DNA of 64,000 nt from an uncultured Bacteroidales bacterium (GTDB taxonomy: Bacteria > Bacteroidota > Bacteroidia > Bacteroidales > VadinHA17). The stretch's first letter is position 1; each line of letters begins with the position of its first letter. The notes below the pieces were generated by a model. That model was given only the letters and a program-made list of their open reading frames with translations, had not been told where the DNA came from and did not search any database. Below are positions 21,668 through 31,896 of this stretch, in pieces. Position numbers and translations under genes: made by a program. The stretch is taken from NCBI GenBank assembly GCA_963732575.1, contig CAVTAA010000003.1:66537-130536 (forward strand), written 5' to 3'.

Positions 21668-24600
21668 ATGTCATTCAGAAGGGATAACAAACAGAAGACC
21701 AGCTACACGAAGATATCGATAGGGCTGGCATCTCCCGAAGAGATTCTTGACAAATCAAGCGGAGAAGTCCTGAAGCCTGAGACAATAAACTACCGTACAT
21801 ATAAGCCTGAACGCGACGGTCTCTTCTGCGAGAGGATCTTCGGCCCGGTAAAAGACTATGAATGTCATTGCGGGAAATATAAAAGGATAAGGTATAAGGG
21901 AATTGTCTGCGACCGCTGCGGTGTTGAAGTGACGGAAAAGAAGGTCAGACGTGAGCGCATGGGACACATCGCACTGGTGGTGCCGGTTGCTCATATATGG
22001 TACTTCAGGTCACTTCCGAACAAGATCGGATACCTTCTGGGACTGCCGACAAAAAAACTTGACAGTATCATTTACTATGAAAAGTACGTTGTCATCAATC
22101 CCGGTGTAAAGGCTGTTGACGGAGTCAAGTATCTCGATTTCCTCTCCGAAGAGGAGTATATGGAAATTGCTGAGACACTGCCCAAGGAGAACCAGTATCT
22201 TGATGATGATCATCCTGACAAGTTCATTGCAGAGATGGGTGCTGAGGCTCTTTACAAGCTGCTGGGCAAGCTTGATCTTGATGAACTTTCATATTCCCTT
22301 CGTCACCGCGCAAACACTGAGACCTCTCAGCAGCGTAAGAGCGAGGCTCTCAAGAGACTCCAGGTGGTTGAGGCATTCAGGGAGTCAAAGAACATCAACA
22401 GGCCTGAGTGGATGATAGTGAAGATTGTGCCGGTCATCCCGCCGGAGCTGAGACCGCTTGTGCCGCTTGACGGCGGACGGTTCGCCACCAGTGACCTTAA
22501 TGACCTGTACCGCAGGGTAATAATACGCAATAACCGTCTGAAGAGACTGATAGAGATCAAGGCGCCTGAAGTGATCCTCCGTAATGAGAAAAGGATGCTG
22601 CAGGAAGCTGTCGACTCACTGTTTGACAACTCCCGCAAGGCAAACGCAGTCAAGACCGATGCCAACAGGCCTCTGAAGTCGCTGTCAGACAGCCTCAAGG
22701 GCAAGCAGGGACGGTTCCGTCAGAACCTTCTCGGCAAGAGGGTTGACTACTCGGCCCGTTCGGTAATTGTCGTCGGGCCTGAGCTTCACCTTCATGAGTG
22801 CGGTATACCCAAAGACATGGCAGCAGAGCTCTACAAGCCGTTCATTATACGTAAGCTCATTGAACGTGGTATAGTCAAGACTGTCAAGAGTGCTAAAAAG
22901 ATCGTAGATCGCAAGGATCCGGTTGTGTGGGATATACTTGAGAATGTACTCAAGGGTCATCCCGTGTTGCTCAACCGTGCTCCCACACTTCACAGGTTGG
23001 GAATCCAGGCTTTCCAGCCCAAACTTATCGAGGGCAAGGCCATCCAGCTGCATCCTCTCGTATGTACGGCTTTCAACGCCGACTTCGACGGTGACCAGAT
23101 GGCTGTGCATCTTCCGCTGGGCAATGCTGCCATTATTGAGGCACAGATGCTGATGCTTGCCTCACATAACATCCTTAATCCTGCCAACGGTGCACCTATT
23201 ACAGTGCCTTCACAGGACATGGTACTTGGGTTATATTACATCACCAAGGCACGCAAGAGCACTGAACAGATAAAAGTAAAAGGAGAAGGATCATCGTTCT
23301 ATTCACCTGATGAGGTGCGTATTGCATATAACGAAGGCAAGATTGATCTTCACGCTGTCATCAAGGTAAAAGTCAACGACATGGTTGACGGCCAGAAGGT
23401 CAACCACCTGATAGAGACCACCGTCGGTCGCGTACTCTTCAACGAGTTCGTTCCCGAGGAAGTGGGTTACCTCAACGAACTGCTGACCAAGAAGTCACTC
23501 AGGGATATTATCGGTACCGTGCTTAAGAAAGCCGGGACTGCCAAGACAGCTGACTTCCTCGATTCTATCAAGGATCTGGGATTCAAGATGGCTTTTGTCG
23601 GAGGACTGTCATTTAACCTTGATGACGTCATCATACCCAAGGAAAAGGAGATGTTTGTTGCTGAGGGTTATGAGCAGGTAGAAGAGGTGATCTCAAACTA
23701 CAGCATGGGGTTCATCACCAACAATGAGAGGTATAACCAGATCATTGATATATGGACACATGTCAATGCACGACTGACACAGAGTCTCATGAAGCAGCTT
23801 TCAACCGATAAGCAGGGCTTCAACTCGGTATACATGATGCTTGACTCCGGCGCAAGGGGCTCCAAGGAGCAGATACGCCAGCTCTCAGGCATGAGGGGTC
23901 TTATGGCTAAACCGCAGAAATCCGGATCAGCAACCTCAGAGATCATTGAGAACCCGATCCTCTCCAACTTCAAGGAGGGCCTTTCAGTTCTCGAATACTT
24001 CATCTCTACGCACGGTGCACGCAAGGGTCTTGCCGATACCGCACTCAAGACAGCTGATGCAGGTTATCTGACCCGCCGTCTTGTTGACGTTTCGCAGGAT
24101 GTGATCATCACAGAAGAGGATTGCGGCACTCTTCGCGGTCTTGTGGCTACCGCCATAAAGAACAACGAGGAGGTGGTTGAATCACTATATGACAGAATTC
24201 TTGGCCGTACTACGGTTCATGATATATACAATCCTCTTACCGGTGAGCTTATTGTCTCAGCAGGAGAGGAGATCACCGAGGACCTTGCCAACCGCATTGA
24301 CGAGTCCCCTATTGAACAGGTTGAAATAAGGTCAGTGCTGACCTGTGAGTCAAAGAAAGGTGTCTGTGCCAAGTGTTACGGACGTAACCTTGCAACCGGA
24401 AGAATGGTTCAGAAGGGTGAGGCTTGCGGTGTAATTGCTGCACAGAGTATCGGCGAGCCGGGCACGCAGCTTACGCTTCGTACCTTCCACGTCGGCGGTA
24501 CAGCATCAAACATAACGACAGAATCAAGCCTTGTAGCCAGATACGGCGGTATCGCGGCCATTGAGGAGGTCAGAACGGTCACCAGGAAAGATCCTGAGAA

Positions 24601-25966
24601 AGGCAAGGTGGAGGTCGTTATCGGCCGTCTTGGCGAACTGAGGATCATGGACAAGAAGACCGGCATAGCACTCACCACCCACTCGATACCATACGGCAGC
24701 AGACTTTATGTCAAGGCTAACCAGGAGATCGAAAAGGGCGAGCTGATATGCGAATGGGATCCCTTCAACGCGGTTATCATATCCGAGGTTGCAGGCAAGG
24801 TTGCATTTGACTATTTCATTGAGGGTGTGACCTTCCGTGAAGAGTCTGACGAACAAACCGGTTTCAAGGAGAAGGTTATCATTGAGAGCAGGGACAAGAC
24901 CAAGAACCCTGCCATCAAGATCATGTCCAACGATGGGGTGGAATTAAAATCCTACAACCTTCCGGTGGGCGCTCACCTTGTGACAGACCTCAACAAACAC
25001 GTTGTTGCCGGTGACACTATCGTTAAGATACCAAGGTCAGTAGGCAAGTCAGGTGACATCACAGGCGGTCTGCCGCGTGTCACCGAACTCTTTGAAGCAC
25101 GTAATCCGTCTAACCCGGCCATTGTCACTGAGATTGACGGCGAGGTAACCTACGGTAAGATCAAGAGGGGTAACAGGGAGATCACCATCACCTCCAAGTC
25201 AGGAGAGATGAAGAAATATCTTGTGCCGCTGTCAAAACAGATACTGGTACAGGAGAATGACTATGTCAGGGCAGGTATAGCCCTCTCTGACGGCGCCATC
25301 ACCCCGTCCGACATCCTTGCCATCAAGGGCCCGACAAAAGTACAGGAGTACATCGTGAACGAGATACAGGAGGTTTACCGGTTGCAGGGCGTGAAGATCA
25401 ATGACAAGCACTTTGAGACTATCGTCAGGCAGATGATGCGCAAGGTTGAGATCATTGACCCGGGTGACACGAAATTCCTTGAACGTCAGGTTGTTGACAA
25501 GCTTGAGTTTATGGATGAGAATGACTGGGTTTATGGCAAGAAGATCGTGCTGGATTCCGGCGACAGCCAGACGCTGAGGCCGGGGCAGGTCATCACAGCC
25601 CGCAAGCTCAGGGATGAGAACTCGGTGCTCAAGCGCCGCGACCTCAAGGTGATAGAAGCCAGGGATGCTATCCCGGCAACTTCTCAGCAGGTGCTGCAGG
25701 GTATCACACGTGCCGCTCTTCAGACAAACAGTTTCTTCTCAGCCGCTTCATTCCAGGAGACCACCAAGGTCCTGAACGAAGCAGCCATCCTTGGCAAGAT
25801 CGACTTCCTTGAAGGACTTAAGGAGAATGTTATTGTCGGACATCTTATTCCGGCCGGAACGGGACTCAGGGAGTACAATAATGTTATTGTCGGCTCGCTG
25901 GATGACTATGATTCTCTTGTCCATGCCGGACAGAACCCCGCTGAGGTAGAACAGGAACAGGACTAA
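21668..25966 (+). CDS. rpoC: RNA polymerase beta-prime subunit
   Basis: NADFDGD, Zn-finger cysteines. Confidence 0.99.
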   Translation: MSFRRDNKQKTSYTKISIGLASPEEILDKSSGEVLKPETINYRTYKPERDGLFCERIFGPVKDYECHCGKYKRIRYKGIVCDRCGVEVTEKKVRRERMGHIALVVPVAHIWYFRSLPNKIGYLLGLPTKKLDSIIYYEKYVVINPGVKAVDGVKYLDFLSEEEYMEIAETLPKENQYLDDDHPDKFIAEMGAEALYKLLGKLDLDELSYSLRHRANTETSQQRKSEALKRLQVVEAFRESKNINRPEWMIVKIVPVIPPELRPLVPLDGGRFATSDLNDLYRRVIIRNNRLKRLIEIKAPEVILRNEKRMLQEAVDSLFDNSRKANAVKTDANRPLKSLSDSLKGKQGRFRQNLLGKRVDYSARSVIVVGPELHLHECGIPKDMAAELYKPFIIRKLIERGIVKTVKSAKKIVDRKDPVVWDILENVLKGHPVLLNRAPTLHRLGIQAFQPKLIEGKAIQLHPLVCTAFNADFDGDQMAVHLPLGNAAIIEAQMLMLASHNILNPANGAPITVPSQDMVLGLYYITKARKSTEQIKVKGEGSSFYSPDEVRIAYNEGKIDLHAVIKVKVNDMVDGQKVNHLIETTVGRVLFNEFVPEEVGYLNELLTKKSLRDIIGTVLKKAGTAKTADFLDSIKDLGFKMAFVGGLSFNLDDVIIPKEKEMFVAEGYEQVEEVISNYSMGFITNNERYNQIIDIWTHVNARLTQSLMKQLSTDKQGFNSVYMMLDSGARGSKEQIRQLSGMRGLMAKPQKSGSATSEIIENPILSNFKEGLSVLEYFISTHGARKGLADTALKTADAGYLTRRLVDVSQDVIITEEDCGTLRGLVATAIKNNEEVVESLYDRILGRTTVHDIYNPLTGELIVSAGEEITEDLANRIDESPIEQVEIRSVLTCESKKGVCAKCYGRNLATGRMVQKGEACGVIAAQSIGEPGTQLTLRTFHVGGTASNITTESSLVARYGGIAAIEEVRTVTRKDPEKGKVEVVIGRLGELRIMDKKTGIALTTHSIPYGSRLYVKANQEIEKGELICEWDPFNAVIISEVAGKVAFDYFIEGVTFREESDEQTGFKEKVIIESRDKTKNPAIKIMSNDGVELKSYNLPVGAHLVTDLNKHVVAGDTIVKIPRSVGKSGDITGGLPRVTELFEARNPSNPAIVTEIDGEVTYGKIKRGNREITITSKSGEMKKYLVPLSKQILVQENDYVRAGIALSDGAITPSDILAIKGPTKVQEYIVNEIQEVYRLQGVKINDKHFETIVRQMMRKVEIIDPGDTKFLERQVVDKLEFMDENDWVYGKKIVLDSGDSQTLRPGQVITARKLRDENSVLKRRDLKVIEARDAIPATSQQVLQGITRAALQTNSFFSAASFQETTKVLNEAAILGKIDFLEGLKENVIVGHLIPAGTGLREYNNVIVGSLDDYDSLVHAGQNPAEVEQEQD

Positions 25967-25977
25967 ATCACAGGATC

Positions 25978-26301
25978 ATGTCAGAGAATAAGAATCAGAA
26001 CCAGAATCAGTTTAACATCGAGCTCAGCGAGGAGGTTGCACAGGGCGTCTATTCAAACCTTGCAATAATCACCCACTCACCTGCCGAGTTTGTAATTGAT
26101 TTTATCCGGATAATGCCCGGAGTACCAAAATCAAAGGTTAAATCGAGGATCATACTTACACCTGAACATGCTAAAAGGTTAGTAGCTGCCCTGAGTGACA
26201 ATATCTCAAAGTATGAAGCTATACACGGTACAATACGTGAGGTTAAGGGATCAGGACCGGTGATGCCGGTAAATTTCGGAGGTCCGACGGCACAGGCATA
26301 A
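25978..26301 (+). CDS. DUF3467 family protein
   Basis: IELSEEVAQGVYSNLAIITHS, SRIILTPEHAKRL; typical position after rpoC in Bacteroidota. Confidence 0.85.
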   Translation: MSENKNQNQNQFNIELSEEVAQGVYSNLAIITHSPAEFVIDFIRIMPGVPKSKVKSRIILTPEHAKRLVAALSDNISKYEAIHGTIREVKGSGPVMPVNFGGPTAQA

Positions 26302-26320
26302 CAGATGACTGCTAAAAGAC

Positions 26321-26355
26321 AGGGCTGTGACAACCGTTACAGCCTTTCTTTTTTT
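26321..26355 (+). terminator. Intrinsic terminator of rpoBC operon
   Basis: AGGGCTGTGAC-AACC-GTTACAGCCTT followed by T run. Confidence 0.8.
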
Positions 26356-26405
26356 GCAGGGAACAAAAATTAAGGTTATTTTGCAAAAAGTTAACGGAGC
26401 GCATT

Positions 26406-26813
26406 ATGAACATAAAAAGAATTCTGGCAAACAGTGCATTGGCTCTTCTGCTTATTGCAGGGGTGATTTCAATGGCAGGCTGCAAAAAGCAGCCGAAGTG
26501 CGGGTGCGACGGAGACGCTCTTGACTCACTGAAACAGGCTCATGTATATGTCTCCTATAATGCTGAAACCAAATCAGCCCAGTTCGTACCACTGTGGAGC
26601 AGTTATGAAATTTACTATTTCTGCAATCCTTCAGAGTTCATGGACGAACTGAAAACATTTGAGCAGGGTGCCGAGATCCTCGTGTCAGGCGAATATTTCT
26701 ATGAGTGCAATTATCTGATGAACGCCGGCAACAGCGGCGGCTCATACTATAGCATGTACAGGATCTATCAGATTACGGTTACCGATGTGGCAGCCTACGA
26801 TTACGGCAAATAA
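26406..26813 (+). CDS. Hypothetical Cys-containing lipoprotein
   Basis: Signal peptide with MAGC lipobox, CGC motif. Confidence 0.65.
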   Translation: MNIKRILANSALALLLIAGVISMAGCKKQPKCGCDGDALDSLKQAHVYVSYNAETKSAQFVPLWSSYEIYYFCNPSEFMDELKTFEQGAEILVSGEYFYECNYLMNAGNSGGSYYSMYRIYQITVTDVAAYDYGK

Positions 26814-26850
26814 CTACCCGGACAGCTCAACATTGTAATCTCCGCCGTAA

Positions 26851-27633
26851 ATGTCTACCCGCAACATATCCTTAATCGGTGCAGGAAATGTGGCGGAGGC
26901 GCTATGCCGGGGTCTGTCAGCGGCAGGTCACCGGATCATTTCCGTTTCATCGAGGGGCGGCGACAGCGCACATGCTCTTGCAGCAGCTACGGGAGCCGAG
27001 TGGAAAAGAGACCTTTCCGTACCTGAAAATTGCGATATTCTCATTCTTGCGGTCACTGACACTGCCGTTGCTGAAGTAGCCCGGGAGGTCATTCTTCCGG
27101 ACAGGACGGCAATAGTTCACACTGCCGGCAGTGTTTCCCTTGACGCGCTGGGGCGCAGCCAGCGCGCAGGAGTGTTCTATCCCCTGCAGACATTCACAAA
27201 GGGCTTCCTGCCTGAGCTAAAGAAGGTGCCTTTTTTTATCGAGGCAACAGAGGAGCCAACGATGGATTTACTCAGGGATCTTGCATCGGACATCGGGGCG
27301 GGTGCCTGGCACTGTGACACCGCAAAGCGCATGCATCTTCATGTGGCAGCCGTGTTCGCGAATAATTTCTCCAACTTCATGATGACCACCGGAGAGGCAA
27401 TAGCCACTGAAGCAGGCTTTGATCCGTCACTGCTGCGGCCTCTGATGGAAGAGACGGTACGCAAAGCGTTACGTTCAGGCCCGGAGCGCGCCCAGACCGG
27501 ACCGGCCGTCAGACATGATGACAGGACGATAGAAAGTCACCTCGAATTGTTATCTTTCTCACCTGAATACCAGAGACTGTACCGGATGATTAGCATGATG
27601 ATCGCCGACCACTATAAGAACACCGACAGATGA
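26851..27633 (+). CDS. Rossmann-like/DUF2520 domain protein
   Basis: GAGNVA, HTAGS, FYPLQTF, HVAAVFANNF, QTGPAVR. Confidence 0.85.
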   Translation: MSTRNISLIGAGNVAEALCRGLSAAGHRIISVSSRGGDSAHALAAATGAEWKRDLSVPENCDILILAVTDTAVAEVAREVILPDRTAIVHTAGSVSLDALGRSQRAGVFYPLQTFTKGFLPELKKVPFFIEATEEPTMDLLRDLASDIGAGAWHCDTAKRMHLHVAAVFANNFSNFMMTTGEAIATEAGFDPSLLRPLMEETVRKALRSGPERAQTGPAVRHDDRTIESHLELLSFSPEYQRLYRMISMMIADHYKNTDR

Positions 27634-28151
27634 CCAACTTCAAGGAAGAGCTGCAGAACGTAAAAGCATTCGTCTTTGATATTGACGGGGTACTCTCCAC
27701 CCAGACCATCGCACTCTCTTTGTGGGGTATCCCTCTGCGGACGGTAAACCTCAGGGATGGGTATGCCATACAGCTTGCTGTCAAGAAAGGATATCGTGTG
27801 GGAGTGATCTCAGGCGCCAACTCAAAGGAATACATCAAGCGCTTGAAAACGCTTGGTGTCAATGATATTTATCTTAACTCCCGGACCAAGAAGGAAAGCA
27901 TGAAGGAGCTTGTCAGCAAGTGGGGTGTGGATATCAAAACTGTACTCTATATGGGTGATGACATCCCCGACTTTGAGGTGATGAAAATGGTCGGACTGCC
28001 TGCCTGTCCCAGCGATGCGGACAGCGAAATAAAGCAGGTCAGCGTTTATATCTCGGACAAACGCGGTGGCGAGGGTTGTGTCCGCGATGTAATTGAACAG
28101 ACACTTAGACTGCATAATAACTGGATGGATCATGAAGCTTTTTCATGGTGA
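27630..28151 (+). CDS. kdsC: KdsC-like HAD phosphatase
   Basis: FDIDGVL, MGDDIPD, GGEGCVRD. Confidence 0.85.
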   Translation: MTNFKEELQNVKAFVFDIDGVLSTQTIALSLWGIPLRTVNLRDGYAIQLAVKKGYRVGVISGANSKEYIKRLKTLGVNDIYLNSRTKKESMKELVSKWGVDIKTVLYMGDDIPDFEVMKMVGLPACPSDADSEIKQVSVYISDKRGGEGCVRDVIEQTLRLHNNWMDHEAFSW

Positions 28152-28155
28152 TAGG

Positions 28156-29142
28156 ATGAGGGGCCTCCTGACTCTGATCAGGCTGCCTAACCTGCTCATC
28201 GTGGCTCTCACAATGCTGCTGATGAGGTATGCTGTCATCAGACCCCTGCTGAATGCCATGCCTGTCACAATGGCTGATTCGCCTCTGATAGTAACACGTA
28301 TGACCTTCCAGCTCGGCTGGTTTGATTTCCTGATCCTGGCACTATCGACAGTGTTGATCACTGCTGCAGGTTATGTCATCAATGATTACTTTGACATCCG
28401 TGCTGACCTCATCAACAGGGGTTCAATAATTGTGGGCAACACAATGACCAGGCGTATGGCCATGCTGTACCACAATATTTTTAATATTCTTGGTGTGATT
28501 GGCGGTACATATGTCTCTGCACGTATAGGGTATTTCTGGCTGGGTATATTGTTTGTCCTGGTCTCAGGCCTGCTTTACTTTTATTCAGCAACATACAAGC
28601 GGCAGTTTCTCATCGGCAACATCATCGTTGCATTCCTTACCGCAATGGTGCCGATGATGGTCGTTATCTATGATGCACCGCCAATCTTAAGGCATTACGC
28701 CGGTTCGGTGATCAGTTTCCCCGGTGTGGCCATTCTCTTTTACTGGGTGGGAGGATTTGCCCTGTTTGCCTTCATGACAACTTTTATACGCGAGATTATC
28801 AAGGATATGGAAGACTATAAGGGCGATCTGGCCCTGGGGCGCCATACGCTGCCTGTCAGCGCCGGGGTCTTTGCTTCCGGAATTGTTGTGCTCTTCCTGT
28901 CTCTTGTTACAATATTCCTCCTTTACTTCATCTGGTTCAGGTACCTTAATGATAAGATCACACTGGCCTATATCACACTTCTGATCACCCTTCCGATGAT
29001 ATGGGTGGTGTTCAGGGTATTGACCGGGAAAGACCAGCATGCCCTTCATTCCGCCAGCAGGCTGATGAAGCTGATAATGCTGGCAGGGATACTCTATTCA
29101 CTGGTTGCAGGAGGAATCATCACTTCAGGAAAGCTGTTCTAG
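28156..29142 (+). CDS. UbiA family prenyltransferase
   Basis: INDYFDIRADLIN, REIIKDMED; multiple TM helices. Confidence 0.85.
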   Translation: MRGLLTLIRLPNLLIVALTMLLMRYAVIRPLLNAMPVTMADSPLIVTRMTFQLGWFDFLILALSTVLITAAGYVINDYFDIRADLINRGSIIVGNTMTRRMAMLYHNIFNILGVIGGTYVSARIGYFWLGILFVLVSGLLYFYSATYKRQFLIGNIIVAFLTAMVPMMVVIYDAPPILRHYAGSVISFPGVAILFYWVGGFALFAFMTTFIREIIKDMEDYKGDLALGRHTLPVSAGVFASGIVVLFLSLVTIFLLYFIWFRYLNDKITLAYITLLITLPMIWVVFRVLTGKDQHALHSASRLMKLIMLAGILYSLVAGGIITSGKLF

Positions 29143-29143
29143 G

Positions 29144-29737
29144 ATGATCTCTGACGGGTTACAGAAGTTTGAACTGATCCTCGCCTCTGCATCACCGCGC
29201 CGCAGGCAGTTGCTGGAAGAGGCCGGTTTCAGGTTTCTGGCAGCCGCAGTTGATTTCAGGGAAGTATGGCCCTCGCATCTCAGGGGCAGGGAGATTGCCG
29301 AGTTCCTTGCCGAAGGAAAGGCTGCAGCGTGGAACGATGATATAAAACCCGGGCAGATAATCATTACGGCTGATACTGTGGTATGGTGTCATGATACTGT
29401 ACTCGGCAAGCCGGCTGATGCAGCAGAAGCAGCACGGTTTCTCAGGATGCTCTCCGGTTGCGAGCATGAAGTCATAACCGGTATGTGTCTCAGGGACAGA
29501 AGTAAAAAGCACACCTTCTCGGTGACTACAAGGGTGACATTCAGAGAGTTGTCGGATGAGGAGATCGGTTATTATATAGAAAAGTGCCAGCCATTTGATA
29601 AGGCAGGAGCTTACGGAATACAGGAGTGGATAGGGCTGCGGGGCATAACACACATTGAAGGATCATATTACAACGTGGTCGGAATGCCTGTCAGTGATCT
29701 CTATTCCATGCTTCTTCACTTTACAGGAAACAAATAA
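29144..29737 (+). CDS. maf: Maf family nucleotide pyrophosphatase
   Basis: LASASPRR, ITADTVV, DKAGAYGIQ. Confidence 0.92.
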   Translation: MISDGLQKFELILASASPRRRQLLEEAGFRFLAAAVDFREVWPSHLRGREIAEFLAEGKAAAWNDDIKPGQIIITADTVVWCHDTVLGKPADAAEAARFLRMLSGCEHEVITGMCLRDRSKKHTFSVTTRVTFRELSDEEIGYYIEKCQPFDKAGAYGIQEWIGLRGITHIEGSYYNVVGMPVSDLYSMLLHFTGNK

Positions 29738-29745
29738 ATCACGAT

Positions 29746-31896
29746 ATGAAAAAACAGTCACTGCTGCTGATACTATTAATCACACTTCTGCCGGGCACGG
29801 CCAGGGCCGACGAGGGAATGTGGATACCGGTGCTGATAGAGAAGTACAATATCAGGATCATGCAGGAAAACGGATTTAAGCTCACTGCCGAAGATATCTA
29901 CAGTATCAACAGGGCATCGATGAAGGATGCGGTTGTGCTCTTTGGCGGCGGTTGCACAGGAGAATTCATATCAGACAGAGGTCTGATACTGACCAATCAC
30001 CACTGCGGTTTTGGCTCAATCCAAAACCACTCAACCCTTGAGCATGACTACCTTACTGACGGTTTCTGGGCTTCGACCAAAGATGAAGAGCTATCCAATC
30101 CCGGACTGTCTGTAACCATTATGAAGTACATGGAAGATGTCACGGAAAAGGTGCTTGAGGGTGTAACTGATGATATGGATCCGGAAAAGAGGGAGGCGGT
30201 TGTCAACGCCAATATTACCGCAATCAACGCTGAAGCAGTCAAAGGAACTCATTATGCCTCCATGGTCATGCCTTTCTTCCTGGGGAACCAGTATTTCCTG
30301 ATTGTTAACGAGGTGTTCCGTGATGTGAGGCTTGTTGGCGCACCGCCATCGTCTATAGGTAAGTTCGGTGGCGACACCGACAACTGGGTCTGGCCGCGCC
30401 ATACAGGCGACTTCTCCCTGTTCAGGGTCTATGCAGACAGCGCCAATAAACCTGCCGGATATTCCGCTGACAATGTGCCATATAAGCCTGCCTATCATTT
30501 TCCTGTCTCGCTCAGCGGCGTGAAAGAAGGCGATTTTACAATGGTCTTCGGATATCCTGCCAGAACACAGCAGTATGCTCCTTCAAACCACATCAGAATG
30601 CTTAAGGATATAATTTATCCGAAACAGGTTGAAATACGCGGATCCAAGATCGCTATTATAGAGCAGGAGATGGCCAAAGATCCTCTTGTAAGGATAAAAT
30701 ACGCGGGTAAATCATACGGACTTTCCAACGGATGGAAAAAATGGATAGGGGAAATACAGAGCCTTGACAAAACAAACGGAATAGCCCGCAAGGAAGCCTT
30801 TGAAAAAGAATTCTCCGGATGGGCTGCTGCCGATCCGGTCAGGTCGGTGAAATATGGCAACCTGTTCGGAAACTATGACGAGATTTACAAGACATACAGT
30901 ACCCTGTCACTTGTAAACAGCTACACGGCTGAAGTCTTCTTTAACAACGGTGCAGAACCTGCATGGCTTGCCAACAACTTCAGCAGTGCAGTGAAAATGG
31001 CAGGCATAAAGAACCCGGACCTGGAGAAAGAACTGAAGCGACTGCAGGGCATAGCCGGTGAATTTTTCAAGGATTATGACATGGCGGTTGCCAAAAGACT
31101 TTTTGTTGCCGTAATGGAGCTCTATGGTAAAAATATTGATCCTGCCTGGCAGTCACTGGCTTATAAAGAGCTTTACGCATCATGCAATGGTGACTTTAAG
31201 TCTGTTACTGACAAGCTGTTTGCCAGATCAATATTCACCGACGAAAAGAAGGTGCAGGAGCTGCTTGATAGATTTGATCCTAAGAAAGTAAAAAAAGATC
31301 CGTTCTATCTGCTTGCCTATTCTGCCACTGAACTGCTTGATACGAAAGTCAGGCCTGAGCTGTCAGCGCTGAATGCCCGTCTTGCAGTCCTTAACAGGAC
31401 ATACATGGCGGCACAGATGGAGCAGGGTAGCGGCAAGGTCTTTTACCCGGATGCCAACTTCACACTCCGGCTCGCGTACGGCAAGGTCATGGGATATGAT
31501 TCCAGGGACGCTGTTTATCATAAGCATTTCACCACCCTTACAGGGGTGATTGAGAAGGATAACCCTGAAATATATGACTATGACGTCCCGGACAAGCTTA
31601 AGGAACTGTATCAGAAAAAGGATTTTGGCCGATATGCCGTCAACGGTGATGTGCCGGTATGCTTTATAGCCAACAACCACACTACGGGAGGCAACTCCGG
31701 AAGTCCGGTTCTGAATGCCGATGGTCACCTGATAGGCATCAATTTTGACCGCGCATGGGAGGGGGTGGCCTCAGACATAATGTTCAACCCGCTTCAAAGC
31801 CGCAACATCAGCCTTGACATAAGGTATGTCCTCTTTATCATTGAGAAGTTCGCCGGGGCGGACTATCTCATACAGGAGATGACACTGGCTGAATAG
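29746..31896 (+). CDS. S46 family dipeptidyl peptidase, DPP11-like
   Basis: ADEGMW, TNHHC, TGGNSGSP, FDRAWEG. Confidence 0.9.
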   Translation: MKKQSLLLILLITLLPGTARADEGMWIPVLIEKYNIRIMQENGFKLTAEDIYSINRASMKDAVVLFGGGCTGEFISDRGLILTNHHCGFGSIQNHSTLEHDYLTDGFWASTKDEELSNPGLSVTIMKYMEDVTEKVLEGVTDDMDPEKREAVVNANITAINAEAVKGTHYASMVMPFFLGNQYFLIVNEVFRDVRLVGAPPSSIGKFGGDTDNWVWPRHTGDFSLFRVYADSANKPAGYSADNVPYKPAYHFPVSLSGVKEGDFTMVFGYPARTQQYAPSNHIRMLKDIIYPKQVEIRGSKIAIIEQEMAKDPLVRIKYAGKSYGLSNGWKKWIGEIQSLDKTNGIARKEAFEKEFSGWAAADPVRSVKYGNLFGNYDEIYKTYSTLSLVNSYTAEVFFNNGAEPAWLANNFSSAVKMAGIKNPDLEKELKRLQGIAGEFFKDYDMAVAKRLFVAVMELYGKNIDPAWQSLAYKELYASCNGDFKSVTDKLFARSIFTDEKKVQELLDRFDPKKVKKDPFYLLAYSATELLDTKVRPELSALNARLAVLNRTYMAAQMEQGSGKVFYPDANFTLRLAYGKVMGYDSRDAVYHKHFTTLTGVIEKDNPEIYDYDVPDKLKELYQKKDFGRYAVNGDVPVCFIANNHTTGGNSGSPVLNADGHLIGINFDRAWEGVASDIMFNPLQSRNISLDIRYVLFIIEKFAGADYLIQEMTLAE

